From Bugula neritina (Eukaryota > Animalia > Bryozoa), in assembly GCA_964035545.1 (NCBI GenBank), contig CAXIUT010000183.1, forward strand, positions 1,612,001 to 1,676,000: a DNA stretch of 64,000 nucleotides, read 5' to 3'. A program made the translations under genes and the position numbers. Positions 1-17,800 of this stretch are shown one piece after another. The notes beneath the pieces were generated by a model, which was not told the origin of the DNA, did not search any database, and saw nothing but the letters and a program-made list of their open reading frames with translations. Position 1 is the stretch's first letter. Every line of letters starts with the position of its first letter.

Positions 1-379
1 TGAAATTCACTGTAACGCATTGCAAAATACTGCAACATACTGAAATTCACTGTGACACACTGAAATACGCTGCAAAATACTACAACATACTGAAATAAAC
101 TGTAACATATTGAAATACACTACAACACATTGAAAATTACTGCAACATACTGAAATATACTGTAACACACTGAAATATACTGCAACATACTGAAATACAC
201 TGTAACATACTGAAATATACTGCAACATACTGAAATACACTGCTACATACGGAAATATTCTGCAACATACTGCAACATACTGCAATACACTGTAACATAC
301 TGAAACACACTGCAACATACTACAACATATTGAAATACACTGCAACACATTGAAATACACTGCAACTTACCGAATATAT

Positions 380-879
380 GGTAAACTACTGAAATATACT
401 GTAACGCATTGAAAAATACTGCAACATACTGAAATATATTGCGACACATTGCAATATACTGTAACATACTGAAAAATGCTGTAGCACACTGAAATATGCT
501 GCAATTCACTGAAATATACTGCAACATACTGAAATACACCGCAACATCCTACAACATACTGAAATACACTGTAACATATTGAAATACACTGCAACACATT
601 GAAATATACTGCAACATAACGAAACATATGGTAAACTACTGAAATAAATTTTAACACATTGAAAAATACTGCAACATACTGAAATATATTATAACACATT
701 GAAAAATACTGCAACATACTGAAGTATACTGTAACACACTGAAGTACACTGCAACTCACTGAAATATACTGCAATATACAGAAATACACTGCAACATCCT
801 ACAAAATGCTGAAATACACTGTAACATATTGAAATACACTGCAACACATTGAAATATACTGCAACATACCCAAATATAT
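380..879 (+). repeat. Two consecutive ~250-bp intermediate monomers (25 x 10 bp), left-domain example
   Basis: The landmark ATATGGTAAACTACTG has its first G at 380, 630 and 880. Internal variants (TTCAC/CTCAC, ATCCTACAA) recur at the same offsets. Confidence 0.85.
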
Positions 880-3800
880 GGTAAACTACTGAAATATACT
901 GTAACACATTGACAAATACTGCAACATACTGAAATATACTGCAACATACCTAAATATACGGTAATATACTGAAATATACTGTAACACACCGAAATATACT
1001 GCAACATACTGAATTACCCTGCTACATACTGAAATATACTGCAACATACTGCAACATACTGAAATACACTGTAACATACTGAAATAAACTGCAACATACT
1101 ACAACATATTGAAATACACTGCAACACATTGAAGTATACCGCAACATACCTAAATATACGGTAATATACTGAAATATACTGTAACACATTGAAAAAACTG
1201 CAACATACTGAAATACACTGCAACACACTGAAATACACCGCAAAAAACTACAATATACTGAAATACACTGTAACATATTGAAATCCACTGCAACACATTG
1301 AAATATACTGCAACATACCGAAATATATGGTAAACTAATGAAATATACTGTAACACATTGAAAAATACCTCAACATACTGAAATATACTGCGACACATTG
1401 CAATATACTGTAACATATTGAAATATGCTGTAGCACACTGAAATACACTGCAACATCCTACAACATACTGAAATACACTGTAACATATTGAAATACACTC
1501 CAAGAAATTGAAATAGACTGCAACATAACAAAATATATGGTAAACTACTGAAATATACTTTAACACATTGAAAAATACTGCAACATACAGAAATATACTG
1601 TAACACACTGAAATATACTGCAACATACTGAAATACACTGCTACATACTGAAATATACTGCAACATACTGCAACAAACTGCAACATACTGAAATACACTG
1701 TAACATATTGAAGTACACTGCAACACATTGAAATATACTGCAACATACCAAAATATATGGTAAACAACTGAAATATACTTTAACACATTGAAAAATACTG
1801 CAACATACTGAAATATACTGCGACACTTTGCAATATACTGTAACATACCGAAATATGCTCTAGCGCACTGAAATACACTGCAACTCACTGAAATATATTG
1901 CAACATACTGAAATACACTGTGACATCCTGAAATATACTGCAACATACTGAAATACACTGCTACATACTGAAATATACTGCAACATACTGCAACATACTG
2001 AAATACACTGCAACAAACTACAACATACTGAAATACACTGCGACACATTGAAATATACTGCAACATACCTAAATATACGGTAATCTACCGAAATATACTG
2101 TAACGCATTGCAAAACACTGCAACATACTGAAATATACTGCGACACCTAGCAATATACTGTAACATACTGAAATATGCTCTAGCACACTGAAATACAATG
2201 CAACTCACTGAAATATACTGCAACATACTGAAATACACTGCAACATCCTACAACATGCAGAAATACACTGTAACATATTGAAATACACTGCAACACTTTG
2301 AAACATACTGCAACATACCGAAATATATGGTAAACTACTGCAACATACTACAACATATTGAAATACACTGCAACACATTGAAATATACTGCAACATACCT
2401 AAATATACGGTAATATACTGAAATTCACTGTAACGCATTGCAAAATACTGCAACATACTGAAATTCACTGTGACACACTGAAATACGCTGCAAAATACTA
2501 CAACATACTGAAATAAACTGTAACATATTGAAATACACTACAACACATATAAAAATACTGCAACATACTGAAATATACTGTAACACACTGAAATATACTG
2601 CAACATACTGAAATACACTGTAACATACTGAAATATACTGCAACATACTGAAATACACTGCTACATACGGAAATATTCTGCAACATACTGCAACATACTG
2701 CAATACACTGTAACATACTGAAACACACTGCAACATACTACAACATATTGAAATACACTGCAACACATTGAAATACACTGCAACTTACCGAATATATGGT
2801 AAACTACTGAAATATACTGTAACGCATTGAATAATACTGCAACATACTGAAATATATTGCGACACATTGCAATATACTGTAACATACTGAAAAATGCTGT
2901 AGCACACTGAAATATACTGCAATTCACTGAAATATACTGCAACATACTGAAATACACCGCAACATCCTACAACATACTGAAATACACTGTAACATATTGA
3001 AATACACTGCAACACATTGAAATATACTGCAACATAACGAAACATATGGTAAACTACTGAAATAAATTTTAACACATTGAAAAATACTGCAACATACTGA
3101 AATATATTATAACACATTGAAAAATACTGCAACATACTGAAGTATACTGTAACACACTGAAGTACACTGCAACTCACTGAAATATACTGCAATATACAGA
3201 AATACACTGCAACATCCTACAAAATGCTGAAATACACTGTAACATATTGAAATACACTGCAACACATTGAAATATACTGCAACATACCCAAATATATGGT
3301 AAACTACTGAAATATACTGTAACACATTGACAAATACTGCAACATACTGAAATATACTGCAACATACCTAAATATACGGTAATATACTGAAATATACTGT
3401 AACACACCGAAATATACTGCAACATACTGAAATACACTGTAACATACTGAAATATACTGCAACATACTGAATTACACTGCTACATACTGAAATATACTGC
3501 AACATACTGCAACATACTGAAATACACTGTAACATACTGAAATAAACTGCAACATACTACAACATATTGAAATACACTGCAACACATTGAAGTATACCGC
3601 AACATACCTAAATATACGGTAATATACTGAAATATACTGTAACACATTGAAAAAACTGCAACATACTGAAATACACTGCAACACACTGAAATACACCGCA
3701 AAAAACTACAATATACTGAAATACACTGTAACATATTGAAATCCACTGCAACACATTGAAATATACTGCAACATACCGAAATATATGGTAAACTAATGAA

Positions 3801-6800
3801 ATATACTGTAACACATTGAAAAATACCGCAACATACTGAAATATACTGCGACACATTGCAATATACTGTAACATATTGAAATATGCTGTAGCACACTGAA
3901 ATACACTGCAACATCCTACAACATACTGAAATACACTGTAACATATTGAAATACACTGCAAGAAATTGAAATAGACTGCAACATAACAAAATATATGGTA
4001 AACTACTGAAATATACTTTAACACATTGAAAAATACTGCAACATACAGAAATATACTGTAACACACTGAAATATACTGCAACATACTGAAATACACTGCT
4101 ACATACTGAAATATACTGCAACATACTGCAACAAACTGCAACATACTGAAATACACTGTAACATATTGAAGTACACTGCAACACATTGAAATATACTGCA
4201 ACATACCAAAATATATGGTAAACAACTGAAATATACTTTAACACATTGAAAAATACTGCAACATACTGAAATATACTGCGACACCTAGCAATACACTGTA
4301 ACATACTGAAATATGCTCTAGCACACTGAAATACAATGCAACTCACTGAAATATACTGCAACATACTGAAATACACTGCAACATCCTACAACATGCAGAA
4401 ATACACTGTAACATATTGAGATACACTGCAACACTTTGAAACATACTGCAACATACCGAAATATATGGTAAACTACTGCAACATACTACAACATATTGAA
4501 ATACACTGCAACACATTGAAATATACTGCAACATACCTAAATATACGGTAATATACTGAAATTCACTGTAACGCATTGCAAAATACTGCAACATACTGAA
4601 ATTCACTGTGACACACTGAAATACGCTGCAAAATACTACAACATACTGAAATAAACTGTAACATATTGAAATACACTACAACACATTGAAAAATACTGCA
4701 ACATACTGAAATATACTGTAACACACTGAAATATACTGCAACATACTGAAATACACTGTAACATACTGAAATATACTGCAACATACTGAAATACACTGCT
4801 ACATACGGAAATATTCTGCAACATACTGCAACATACTGCAATACACTGTAACATACTGAAACACACTGCAACATACTACAACATATTGAAATACACTGCA
4901 ACACATTGAAATACACTGCAACTTACCGAATATATGGTAAACTACTGAAATATACTGTAACGCATTGAAAAATACTGCAACATACTGAAATATATTGCGA
5001 CACATTGCAATATACTGTAACATACTGAAAAATGCTGTAGCACACTGAAATATACTGCAATTCACTGAAATATACTGCAACATACTGAAATACACCGCAA
5101 CATCCTACAACATACTGAAATACACTGTAACATATTGAAACACACTGCAACACATTGAAATATACTGCAACATAACGAAACATATGGTAAACTACTGAAA
5201 TAAATTTTAACACATTGAAAAATACTGCAACATACTGAAATATATTATAACACATTGAAAAATACTGCAACATACTGAAGTATACTGTAACACACTGAAG
5301 TACATTGCAACTCACTGAAATATACTGCAATATACAGAAATACACTGCAACATCCTACAAAATGCTGAAATACACTGTAACATATTGAAATACACTGCAA
5401 CACATTGAAATATACTGCAACATACCCAAATATATGGTAAACTACTGAAATATACTGTAACACATTGACAAATACTGCAACATACTGAAATATACTGCAA
5501 CATACCTAAATATACGGTAATATACTGAAATATACTGTAACACACCGAAATATACTGCAACATACTGAAATACACTGTAACATACTGAAATATGCTGCAA
5601 CATACTGAATTACACTGCTACATACTGAAATATACTGCAACATACTGCAACATACTGAAATACACTGTAACATACTGAAATAAACTGCAACATACTACAA
5701 CATATTGAAATACACTGCAACACATTGAAGTATACCGCAACATACCTAAATATACGGTAATATACTGAAATATACTGTAACACATTGAAAAAACTGCAAC
5801 ATACTGAAATACACTGCAACACACTGAAATACACCGCAAAAAACTACAATATACTGAAATACACTGTAACATATTGAAATCCACTGCAACACATTGAAAT
5901 ATACTGCAACATACCGAAATATATGGTAAACTAATGAAATATACTGTAACACATTGAAAAATACCGCAACATACTGAAATATACTGCGACACATTGCAAT
6001 ATACTGTAACATATTGAAATATGCTGTAGCACACTGAAATACACTGCAACATCCTACAACATACTGAAATACACTGTAACATATTGAAATACACTGCAAG
6101 AAATTGAAATAGACTGCAACATAACAAAATATATGGTAAACTACTGAAATATACTTTAACACATTGAAAAATACTGCAACATACAGAAATATACTGTAAC
6201 ACACTGAAATATACTGCAACATACTGAAATACACTGCTACATACTGAAATATACTGCAACATACTGCAACATACTGAAATACACTGCAACAAACTACAAC
6301 ATACTGAAATACACTACAACCCACTGAAATATACTGCAACATACTGAAATACACTGCAACACATTGAAATATACTGCAACATACCAAAATATATGGTAAA
6401 CAACTGAAATATACTTTAACACATTGAAAAATACTGCAACATACTGAAATATACTGCGACACTTTGCAATATACTGTAACATACCGAAATATGCTCTAGC
6501 GCACTGAAATACACTGCAACTCACTGAAATATATTGCAACATACTGAAATACACTGTGACATCCTGAAATATACTGCAACATACTGAAATACACTGCTAC
6601 ATACTGAAATATACTGCAAAATACTACAACATACTGAAATAAACTGTAACATATTGAAATACACTGCAATACATTGATAAATAATGCAATATACTGAAAT
6701 ATACTGTAACACACTGAAATATACTGCAACATACTGAAATACACTGTAACATACTGAAATATACTGCAACGTACTGAAATACACTGCTACATACTGAAAT

Positions 6801-9800
6801 ATACTGCAACATACTGAAATACACTGCTACATACTGAAATATACTGCAACATACTGCAACATACTGAAATACACTGCAACAAACAACAACATACTGAAAT
6901 ACACTACAACCCACTGAAATATACTGCAACATACTGAAATACACTGCAACACATTGAAATATACTGCAACATACCTAAATATACGGTAATCTACCGAAAT
7001 ATACTGTAACGCATTGCAAAACACTGCAACATACTGAAATACACTGCGACACACTGAAGTACGCTGCAAAATACTACAACATACTGAAATAAACTGTAAC
7101 ATATTGAAATACACTGCAATACATTGATAAATAATGCAATATACTGAAATATACTGTGACACACTGAAATATACTGCAACATACTGAAATATATTATAAC
7201 ACATTGAAAAATACTGCAACATACTGAAGTATACTGTAACACACTGAAGTACACTGCAACTCACTGAAATATACTGCAATATACAGAAATACACTGCAAC
7301 ATCCTACAAAATGCTGAAATACACTGTAACATATTGAAATACACTGCAACACATTGAAATATACTGCAACATACCCAAATATATGGTAAACTACTGAAAT
7401 ATACTGTAACACATTGACAAATACTGCAACATACTGAAATATACTGCAACATACCTAAATATACGGTAATATACTGAAATATACTGTAACACACCGAAAT
7501 ATACTGCAACATACTGAAATACACTGTAACATACTGAAATATACTGCAACATACTGAATTACACTGCTACATACTGAAATATACTGCAACATACTGCAAC
7601 ATACTGAAATACACTGTAACATACTGAAATAAACTGCAACATACTACAACATATTGAAATACACTGCAACACATTGAAGTATACCGCAACATACCTAAAT
7701 ATACGGTTTTATACTGAAATATACTGTAACACATTGAAAAAACTGCAACATACTGAAATACACTGCAACACACTGAAATACACCGCAAAAAACTACAATA
7801 TACTGAAATACACTGTAACATATTGAAATCCACTGCAACACATTGAAATATACTGCAACATACCGAAATATATGGTAAACTAATGAAATATACTGTAACA
7901 CATTGAAAAATACCGCAACATACTGAAATATACTGCGACACATTGCAATATACTGTAACATATTGAAATATGCTGTAGCACACTGAAATACACTGCAACA
8001 TCCTACAACATACTGAAATACACTGTAACATATTGAAATACACTGCAAGAAATTGAAATAGACTGCAACATAACAAAATATATGGTAAACTACTGAAATA
8101 TACTTTAACACATTGAAAAATACTGCAACATACAGAAATATACTGTAACACACTGAAATATACTGCAACATACTGAAATACACTGCTACATACTGAAATA
8201 TACTGCAACATACTGCAACAAACTGCAACATACTGAAATACACTGCAACACATTGAAATATACTGCAACATACCTAAATATACTGTAATCTACCGAAATA
8301 TACTGTAACGCATTGCAAAACACTGCAACATACTGAAATACACTGCGACACACTGAAGTACGCTGCAAAATACTACAACATACTGAAATAAACTGTAACA
8401 TATTGAAATACACTGCAATACATTGATAAATAATGCAATATACTGAAATATACTGTAACACACTGAAATATACTGCAACATACTGAAATATATTATAACA
8501 CATTGAAAAATACTGCAACATACTGAAGTATACTGTAACACACTGAAGTACACTGCAACTCACTGAAATATACTGCAATATACAGAAATACACTGCAACA
8601 TCCTACAAAATGCTGAAATACACTGTAACATATTGAAATACACTGCAACACATTGAAATATACTGCAACATACCCAAATATATGGTAAACTACTGAAATA
8701 TACTGTAACACATTGACAAATACTGCAACATACTGAAATATACTGCAACATACCTAAATATACGGTAATATACTGAAATATACTGTAACACACCGAAATA
8801 TACTGCAACATACTGAAATACACTGTAACATACTGAAATATACTGCAACATACTGAATTACACTGCTACATACTGAAATATACTGCAACATACTGCAACA
8901 TACTGAAATACACTGTAACATACTGAAATAAACTGCAACATACTACAACATATTGAAATACACTGCAACACATTGAAGTATACCGCAACATACCTAAATA
9001 TACGGTAATATACTGAAATATACTGTAACACATTGAAAAAACTGCAACATACTGAAATACACTGCAACACACTGAAATACACCGCAAAAAACTACAATAT
9101 ACTGAAATACACTGTAACATATTGAAATCCACTGCAACACATTGAAATATACTGCAACATACCGAAATATATGGTAAACTAATGAAATATACTGTAACAC
9201 ATTGAAAAATACCGCAACATACTGAAATATACTGCGACACATTGCAATATACTGTAACATATTGAAATATGCTGTAGCACACTGAAATACACTGCAACAT
9301 CCTACAACATACTGAAATACACTGTAACATATTGAAATACACTGCAAGAAATTGAAATAGACTGCAACATAACAAAATATATGGTAAACTACTGAAATAT
9401 ACTTTAACACATTGAAAAATACTGCAACATACAGAAATATACTGTAACACACTGAAATATACTGCAACATACTGAAATACACTGCTACATACTGAAATAT
9501 ACTGCAACATACTGCAACAAACTGCAACATACTGAAATACACTGTAACATATTGAAGTACACTGCAACACATTGAAATATACTGCAACATACCAAAATAT
9601 ATGGTAAACAACTGAAATATACTTTAACACATTGAAAAATACTGCAACATACTGAAATATACTGCGACACTTTGCAATATACTGTAACATACCGAAATAT
9701 GCTCTAGCGCACTGAAATACACTGCAACTCACTGAAATATATTGCAACATACTGAAATACACTGTGACATCCTGAAATATACTGCAACATACTGAAATAC

Positions 9801-12800
9801 ACTGCTACATACTGAAATATACTGCAACATACTGCAACATACTGAAATACACTGCAACAAACTACAACATACTGAAATACACTGCGACACATTGAAATAT
9901 ACTGCAACATACCTAAATATACGGTAATCTACCGAAATATACTGTAACGCATTGCATAACACTGCAACATACTGAAATATACTGCGACACCTAGCAAGAT
10001 ACTGTAACATACTGAAATATGCTCTAGCACACTGAAATACAATGCAACTCACTGAAATATACTGCAACATACTGAAATACACTGCAACATCCTACAACAT
10101 GCAGAAATACAGTGTAACATATTGAAATACACTGCAACACTTTGAAACATACTGCAACATACCGAAATATATGGTAAACTACTGCAACAAACTACAACAT
10201 ATTGAAATACACTGCAACACATTGAAATATACTGCAACATACCTAAATATACGGTAATATACTGAAATTCACTGTAACGCATTGCAAAATACTGCAACAT
10301 ACTGAAATTCACTGTGACACACTGAAATACGCTGCAAAATACTACAACATACTGAAATAAACTGTAACATATTGAAATACACTACAACACATTGAAAAAT
10401 ACTGCAACATACTGAAATATACTGTAACACACTGAAATATACTGCAACATACTGAAATACACTGTAACATACTGAAATATACTGCAACATACTGAAATAC
10501 ACTGCTACATACGGAAATATTCTGCAACATACTGCAACATACTGCAATACACTGTAACATACTGAAACACACTGCAACATACTACAACATATTGAAATAC
10601 ACTGCAACACATTGAAATACACTGCAACTTACCGAATATATGGTAAACTACTGAAATATACTGTAACGCATTGAAAAATACTGCAACATACTGAAATATA
10701 TTGCGACACATTGCAATATACTGTAACATACTGAAAAATGCTGTAGCACACTGAAATATACTGCAATTCACTGAAATATACTGCAACATACTGAAATACA
10801 CCGCAACATCCTACAACATACTGAAATACACTGTAACATATTGAAATACACTGCAACACATTGAAATATACTGCAACATAACGAAACATATGGTAAACTA
10901 CTGAAATAAATTTTAACACATTGAAAAATACTGCAACATACTGAAATATATTATAACACATTGAAAAATACTGCAACATACTGAAGTATACTGTAACACA
11001 CTGAAGTACACTGCAACTCACTGAAATATACTGCAATATACAGAAATACACTGCAACATCCTACAAAATGCTGAAATACACTGTAACATATTGAAATACA
11101 CTGCAACACATTGAAATATACTGCAACATACCCAAATATATGGCAAACTACTGAAATATACTGTAACACATTGACAAATACTGCAACATACTGAAATATA
11201 CTGCAACATACCTAAATATACGGTAATATACTGAAATATACTGTAACACACCGAAATATACTGCAACATACTGAAATACACTGTAACATACTGAAATATA
11301 CTGCAACATACTGAATTACACTGCTACATACTGAAATATACTGCAACATACTGCAACATACTGAAATACACTGTAACATACTGAAATAAACTGCAACATA
11401 CTACAACATATTGAAATACACTGCAACACATTGAAGTATACCGCAACATACCTAAATATACGGTAATATACTGAAATATACTGTAACACATTGAAAAAAC
11501 TGCAACATACTGAAATACACTGCAACACACTGAAATACACCGCAAAAAACTACAATATACTGAAATACACTGTAACATATTGAAATCCACTGCAACACAT
11601 TGAAATATACTGCAACATACCGAAATATATGGTAAACTAATGAAATATACTGTAACACATTGAAAAATACCGCAACATACTGAAATATACTGCGACACAT
11701 TGCAATATACTGTAACATATTGAAATATGCTGTAGCACACTGAAATACACTGCAACATCCTACAACATACTGAAATACACTGTAACATATTGAAATACAC
11801 TGCAAGAAATTGAAATAGACTGCAACATAACAAAATATATGGTAAACTACTGAAATATACTTTAACACATTGAAAAATACTGCAACATACAGAAATATAC
11901 TGTAACACACTGAAATATACTGCAACATACTGAAATACACTGCTACATACTGAAATATACTGCAACATACTGCAACAAACTGCAACATACTGAAATACAC
12001 TGTAACATATTGAAGTACACTGCAACACATTGAAATATACTGCAACATACCAAAATATATGGTAAACAACTGAAATATACTTTAACACATTGAAAAATAC
12101 TGCAACATACTGAAATATACTGCGACACCTAGCAATACACTGTAACATACTGAAATATGCTCTAGCACACTGAAATACAATGCAACTCACTGAAATATAC
12201 TGCAACATACTGAAATACACTGCAACATCCTACAACATGCAGAAATACACTGTAACATATTGAAATACACTGCAACACTTTGAAACATACTGCAACATAC
12301 CGAAATATATGGTAAACTACTGCAACATACTACAACATATTGAAATACACTGCAACACATTGAAATATATTGCAACATACCTAAATATACGGTAATATAC
12401 CGAAATTCACTGTAACGCATTGCAAAATACTGCAACATACTGAAATTCACTGTGACACACTGAAATACGCTGCAAAATACTACAACATACTGAAATAAAC
12501 TGTAACATATTGAAATACACTACAACACATTGAAAAATACTGCAACATACTGAAATATACTGTAACACACTGAAATATACTGCAACATACTGAAATACAC
12601 TGTAACATACTGAAATATACTGCAACATACTGAAATACACTGCTACATACGGAAATATTCTGCAACATACTGCAACATACTGCAATACACTGTAACATAC
12701 TGAAACACACTGCAACATACTACAACATATTGAAATACACTGCAACACATTGAAATACACTGCAACTTACCGAATATATGGTAAACTACTGAAATATACT

Positions 12801-14834
12801 GTAACGCATTGAAAAATACTGCAACATACTGAAATATATTGCGACACATTGCAATATACTGTAACATACTGAAAAATGCTGTAGCACACTGAAATATACT
12901 GCAATTCACTGAAATATACTGCAACATACTGAAATACACCGCAACATCCTACAACATACTGAAATACACTGTAACATATTGAAACACACTGCAACACATT
13001 GAAATATACTGCAACATAACGAAACATATGGTAAACTACTGAAATAAATTTTAACACATTGAAAAATACTGCAACATACTGAAATATATTATAACACATT
13101 GAAAAATACTGCAACATACTGAAGTATACTGTAACACACTGAAGTACACTGCAACTCACTGAAATATACTGCAATATACAGAAATACACTGCAACATCCT
13201 ACAAAATGCTGAAATACACTGTAACATATTGAAATACACTGCAACACATTGAAATATACTGCAACATACCCAAATATATGGTAAACTACTGAAATATACT
13301 GTAACACATTGACAAATACTGCAACATACTGAAATATACTGCAACATACCTAAATATACGGTAATATACTGAAATATACTGTAACACACCGAAATATACT
13401 GCAACATACTGAAATACACTGTAACATACTGAAATATACTGCAACATACTGAATTACACTGCTACATACTGAAATATACTGCAACATACTGCAACATACT
13501 GAAATACACTGTAACATACTGAAATAAACTGCAACATACTACAACATATTGAAATACACTGCAACACATTGAAGTATACCGCAACATACCTAAATATACG
13601 GTAATATACTGAAATATACTGTAACACATTGAAAAAACTGCAACATACTGAAATACACTGCAACACACTGAAATACACCGCAAAAAACTACAATATACTG
13701 AAATACACTGTAACATATTGAAATCCACTGCAACACATTGAAATATACTGCAACATACCGAAATATATGGTAAACTAATGAAATATACTGTAACACATTG
13801 AAAAATACCGCAACATACTGAAATATACTGCGACACATTGCAATATACTGTAACATATTGAAATATGCTGTAGCACACTGAAATACACTGCAACATCCTA
13901 CAACATACTGAAATACACTGTAACATATTGAAATACACTGCAAGAAATTGAAATAGACTGCAACATAACAAAATATATGGTAAACTACTGAAATATACTT
14001 TAACACATTGAAAAATACTGCAACATACAGAAATATACTGTAACACACTGAAATATACTGCAACATACTGAAATACACTGCTACATACTGAAATATACTG
14101 CAACATACTGCAACATACTGAAATACACTGCAACAAACTACAACATACTGAAATACACTACAACCCACTGAAATATACTGCAACATACTGAAATACACTG
14201 CAACACATTGAAATATACGGCAACATACCAAAATATATGGTAAACAACTGAAATATACTTTAACACATTGAAAAATACTGCAACATACTGAAATATACTG
14301 CGACACTTTGCAATATACTGTAACATACCGAAATATGCTCTAGCGCACTGAAATACACTGCAACTCACTGAAATATATTGCAACATACTGAAATACACTG
14401 TGACATCCTGAAATATACTGCAACATACTGAAATACACTGCTACATACTGAAATATACTGCAAAATACTACAACATACTGAAATAAACTGTAACATATTG
14501 AAATACACTGCAATACATTGATAAATAATGCAATATACTGAAATATACTGTAACACACTGAAATATACTGCAACATACTGAAATACACTGTAACATACTG
14601 AAATATACTGCAACGTACTGAAATACACTGCTACATACTGAAATATACTGCAACATACTGAAATACACTGCTACATACTGAAATATACTGCAACATACTG
14701 CAACATACTGAAATACACTGCAACAAACAACAACATACTGAAATACACTACAACCCACTGAAATATACTGCAACATACTGAAATACACTGCAACACATTG
14801 AAATATACTGCAACATACCTAAATATACGGTAAT
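666..14834 (+). repeat. ~6.3-kb near-identical duplication with 7844-bp offset (copy 1 ~666-6990, copy 2 ~8470-14834)
   Basis: Matching artefact ORFs recur at +7844 (1150->8994, 1885->9729, 2425->10269, 4563->12407, 6624->14468). The offset is 7804 left of ~1000 because copy 1 lacks 40 bp. The copies diverge at GGTAATCT (~6991) vs GGTAATAT (~14835). Confidence 0.9.
6923..9544 (+). repeat. 1299-bp tandem duplication (2 copies)
   Basis: ORF pairs 6991->8290, 7194->8493, 7261->8560 and 7567->8866. The A6 deletion marker lies at 7737 and 9036. Confidence 0.9.
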
Positions 14835-17800
14835 ATACTGAAATTCACTGTAACGCATTGCAAAATACTGCAACATACTGAAATATATTGCGACACATTG
14901 CAATATACTGTAACATACTGAAAAATGCTGTAGCACACTGAAATATACTGCAATTCACTGAAATATACTGCAACATACTGAAATACACCGCAACATCCTA
15001 CAACATACTGAAATACACTGTAACATTTTGAAATACACTGCAAAACATTGAAATATACTGCAACATAACGAAACATATGGTAAACTACTGAAATAAATTT
15101 TAACACATTGAAAAATACTGCAACATACTGAAATATATTATAACACATTGAAAAATACTGCAACATACTGAAGTATACTGTAACACACTGAAGTACACTG
15201 CAACTCACTGAAATATACTGCAATATACAGAAATACACTGCAACATCCTACAAAATGCTGAAATACACTGTAACATATTGAAATACACTGCAACACATTG
15301 AAATATACTGCAACATACCCAAATATATGGTAAACTACTGAAATATACTGTAACACATTGACAAATACTGCAACATACTGAAATATACTGCAACATACCT
15401 AAATATACGGTAATATACTGAAATATACTGTAACACACCGAAATATACTGCAACATACTGAAATACACTGTAACATACTGAAATATACTGCAACATACTG
15501 AATTACACTGCTACATACTGAAATATACTGCAACATACTGCAACATACTGAAATACACTGTAACATACTGAAATAAACTGCAACATACTACAACATATTG
15601 AAATACACTGCAACACATTGAAGTATACCGCAACATACCTAAATATACGGTAATATACTGAAATATACTGTAACACATTGAAAAAACTGCAACATACTGA
15701 AATACACTGCAACACACTGAAATACACCGCAAAAAACTACAATATACTGAAATACACTGTAACATATTGAAATCCACTGCAACACATTGAAATATACTGC
15801 AACATACCGAAATATATGGTAAACTAATGAAATATACTGTAACACATTGAAAAATACCGCAACATACTGAAATATACTGCGACACATTGCAATATACTGT
15901 AACATATTGAAATATGCTGTAGCACACTGAAATACACTGCAACATCCTACAACATACTGAAATACACTGTAACATATTGAAATACACTGCAAGAAATTGA
16001 AATAGACTGCAACATAACAAAATATATGGTAAACTACTGAAATATACTTTAACACATTGAAAAATACTGCAACATACAGAAATATACTGTAACACACTGA
16101 AATATACTGCAACATACTGAAATACACTGCTACATACTGAAATATACTGCAACATACTGCAACAAACTGCAACATACTGAAATACACTGTAACATATTGA
16201 AGTACACTGCAACACATTGAAATATACTGCAACATACCAAAATATATGGTAAACAACTGAAATATACTTTAACACATTGAAAAATACTGCAACATACTGA
16301 AATATACTGCGACACCTAGCAATACACTGTAACATACTGAAATATGCTCTAGCACACTGAAATACAATGCAACTCACTGAAATATACTGCAACATACTGA
16401 AATACACTGCAACATCCTACAACATGCAGAAATACACTGTAACATATTGAAATACACTGCAACACTTTGAAACATACTGCAACATACCGAAATATATGGT
16501 AAACTACTGCAACATACTACAACATATTGAAATACACTGCAACACATTGAAATATATTGCAACATACCTAAATATACGGTAATATACTGAAATTCACTGT
16601 AACGCATTGCAAAATACTGCAACATACTGAAATTCACTGTGACACACTGAAATACGCTGCAAAATACTACAACATACTGAAATAAACTGTAACATATTGA
16701 AATACACTACAACACATTGAAAAATACTGCAACATACTGAAATATACTGTAACACACTGAAATATACTGCAACATACTGAAATACACTGTAACATACTGA
16801 AATATACTGCAACATACTGAAATACACTGCTACATACGGAAATATTCTGCAACATACTGCAACATACTGCAATACACTGTAACATACTGAAACACACTGC
16901 AACATACTACAACATATTGAAATACACTGCAACACATTGAAATACACTGCAACTTACCGAATATATGGTAAACTACTGAAATATACTGTAACGCATTGAA
17001 AAATACTGCAACATACTGAAATATATTGCGACACATTGCAATATACTGTAACATACTGAAAAATGCTGTAGCACACTGAAATATACTGCAATTCACTGAA
17101 ATATACTGCAACATACTGAAATACACCGCAACATCCTACAACATACTGAAATACACTGTAACATATTGAAACACACTGCAACACATTGAAATATACTGCA
17201 ACATAACGAAACATATGGTAAACTACTGAAATAAATTTTAACACATTGAAAAATACTGCAACATACTGAAATATATTATAACACATTGAAAAATACTGCA
17301 ACATACTGAAGTATACTGTAACACACTGAAGTACACTGCAACTCACTGAAATATACTGCAATATACAGAAATACACTGCAACATCCTACAAAATGCTGAA
17401 ATACACTGTAACATATTGAAATACACTGCAACACATTGAAATATACTGCAACATACCCAAATATATGGTAAACTACTGAAATATACTGTAACACATTGAC
17501 AAATACTGCAACATACTGAAATATACTGCAACATACCTAAATATACGGTAATATACTGAAATATACTGTAACACACCGAAATATACTGCAACATACTGAA
17601 ATACACTGTAACATACTGAAATATACTGCAACATACTGAATTACACTGCTACATACTGAAATATACTGCAACATACTGCAACATACTGAAATACACTGTA
17701 ACATACTGAAATAAACTGCAACATACTACAACATATTGAAATACACTGCAACACATTGAAGTATACCGCAACATACCTAAATATACGGTAATATACTGAA

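Noticed and set aside
447-454. Short palindromes (TGCA, ATTGCAAT) as cruciforms, terminators or transcription-factor sites
   Set aside because: Only 4-8 bp long and a by-product of the unit. No long inverted repeat exists because the array has one orientation.
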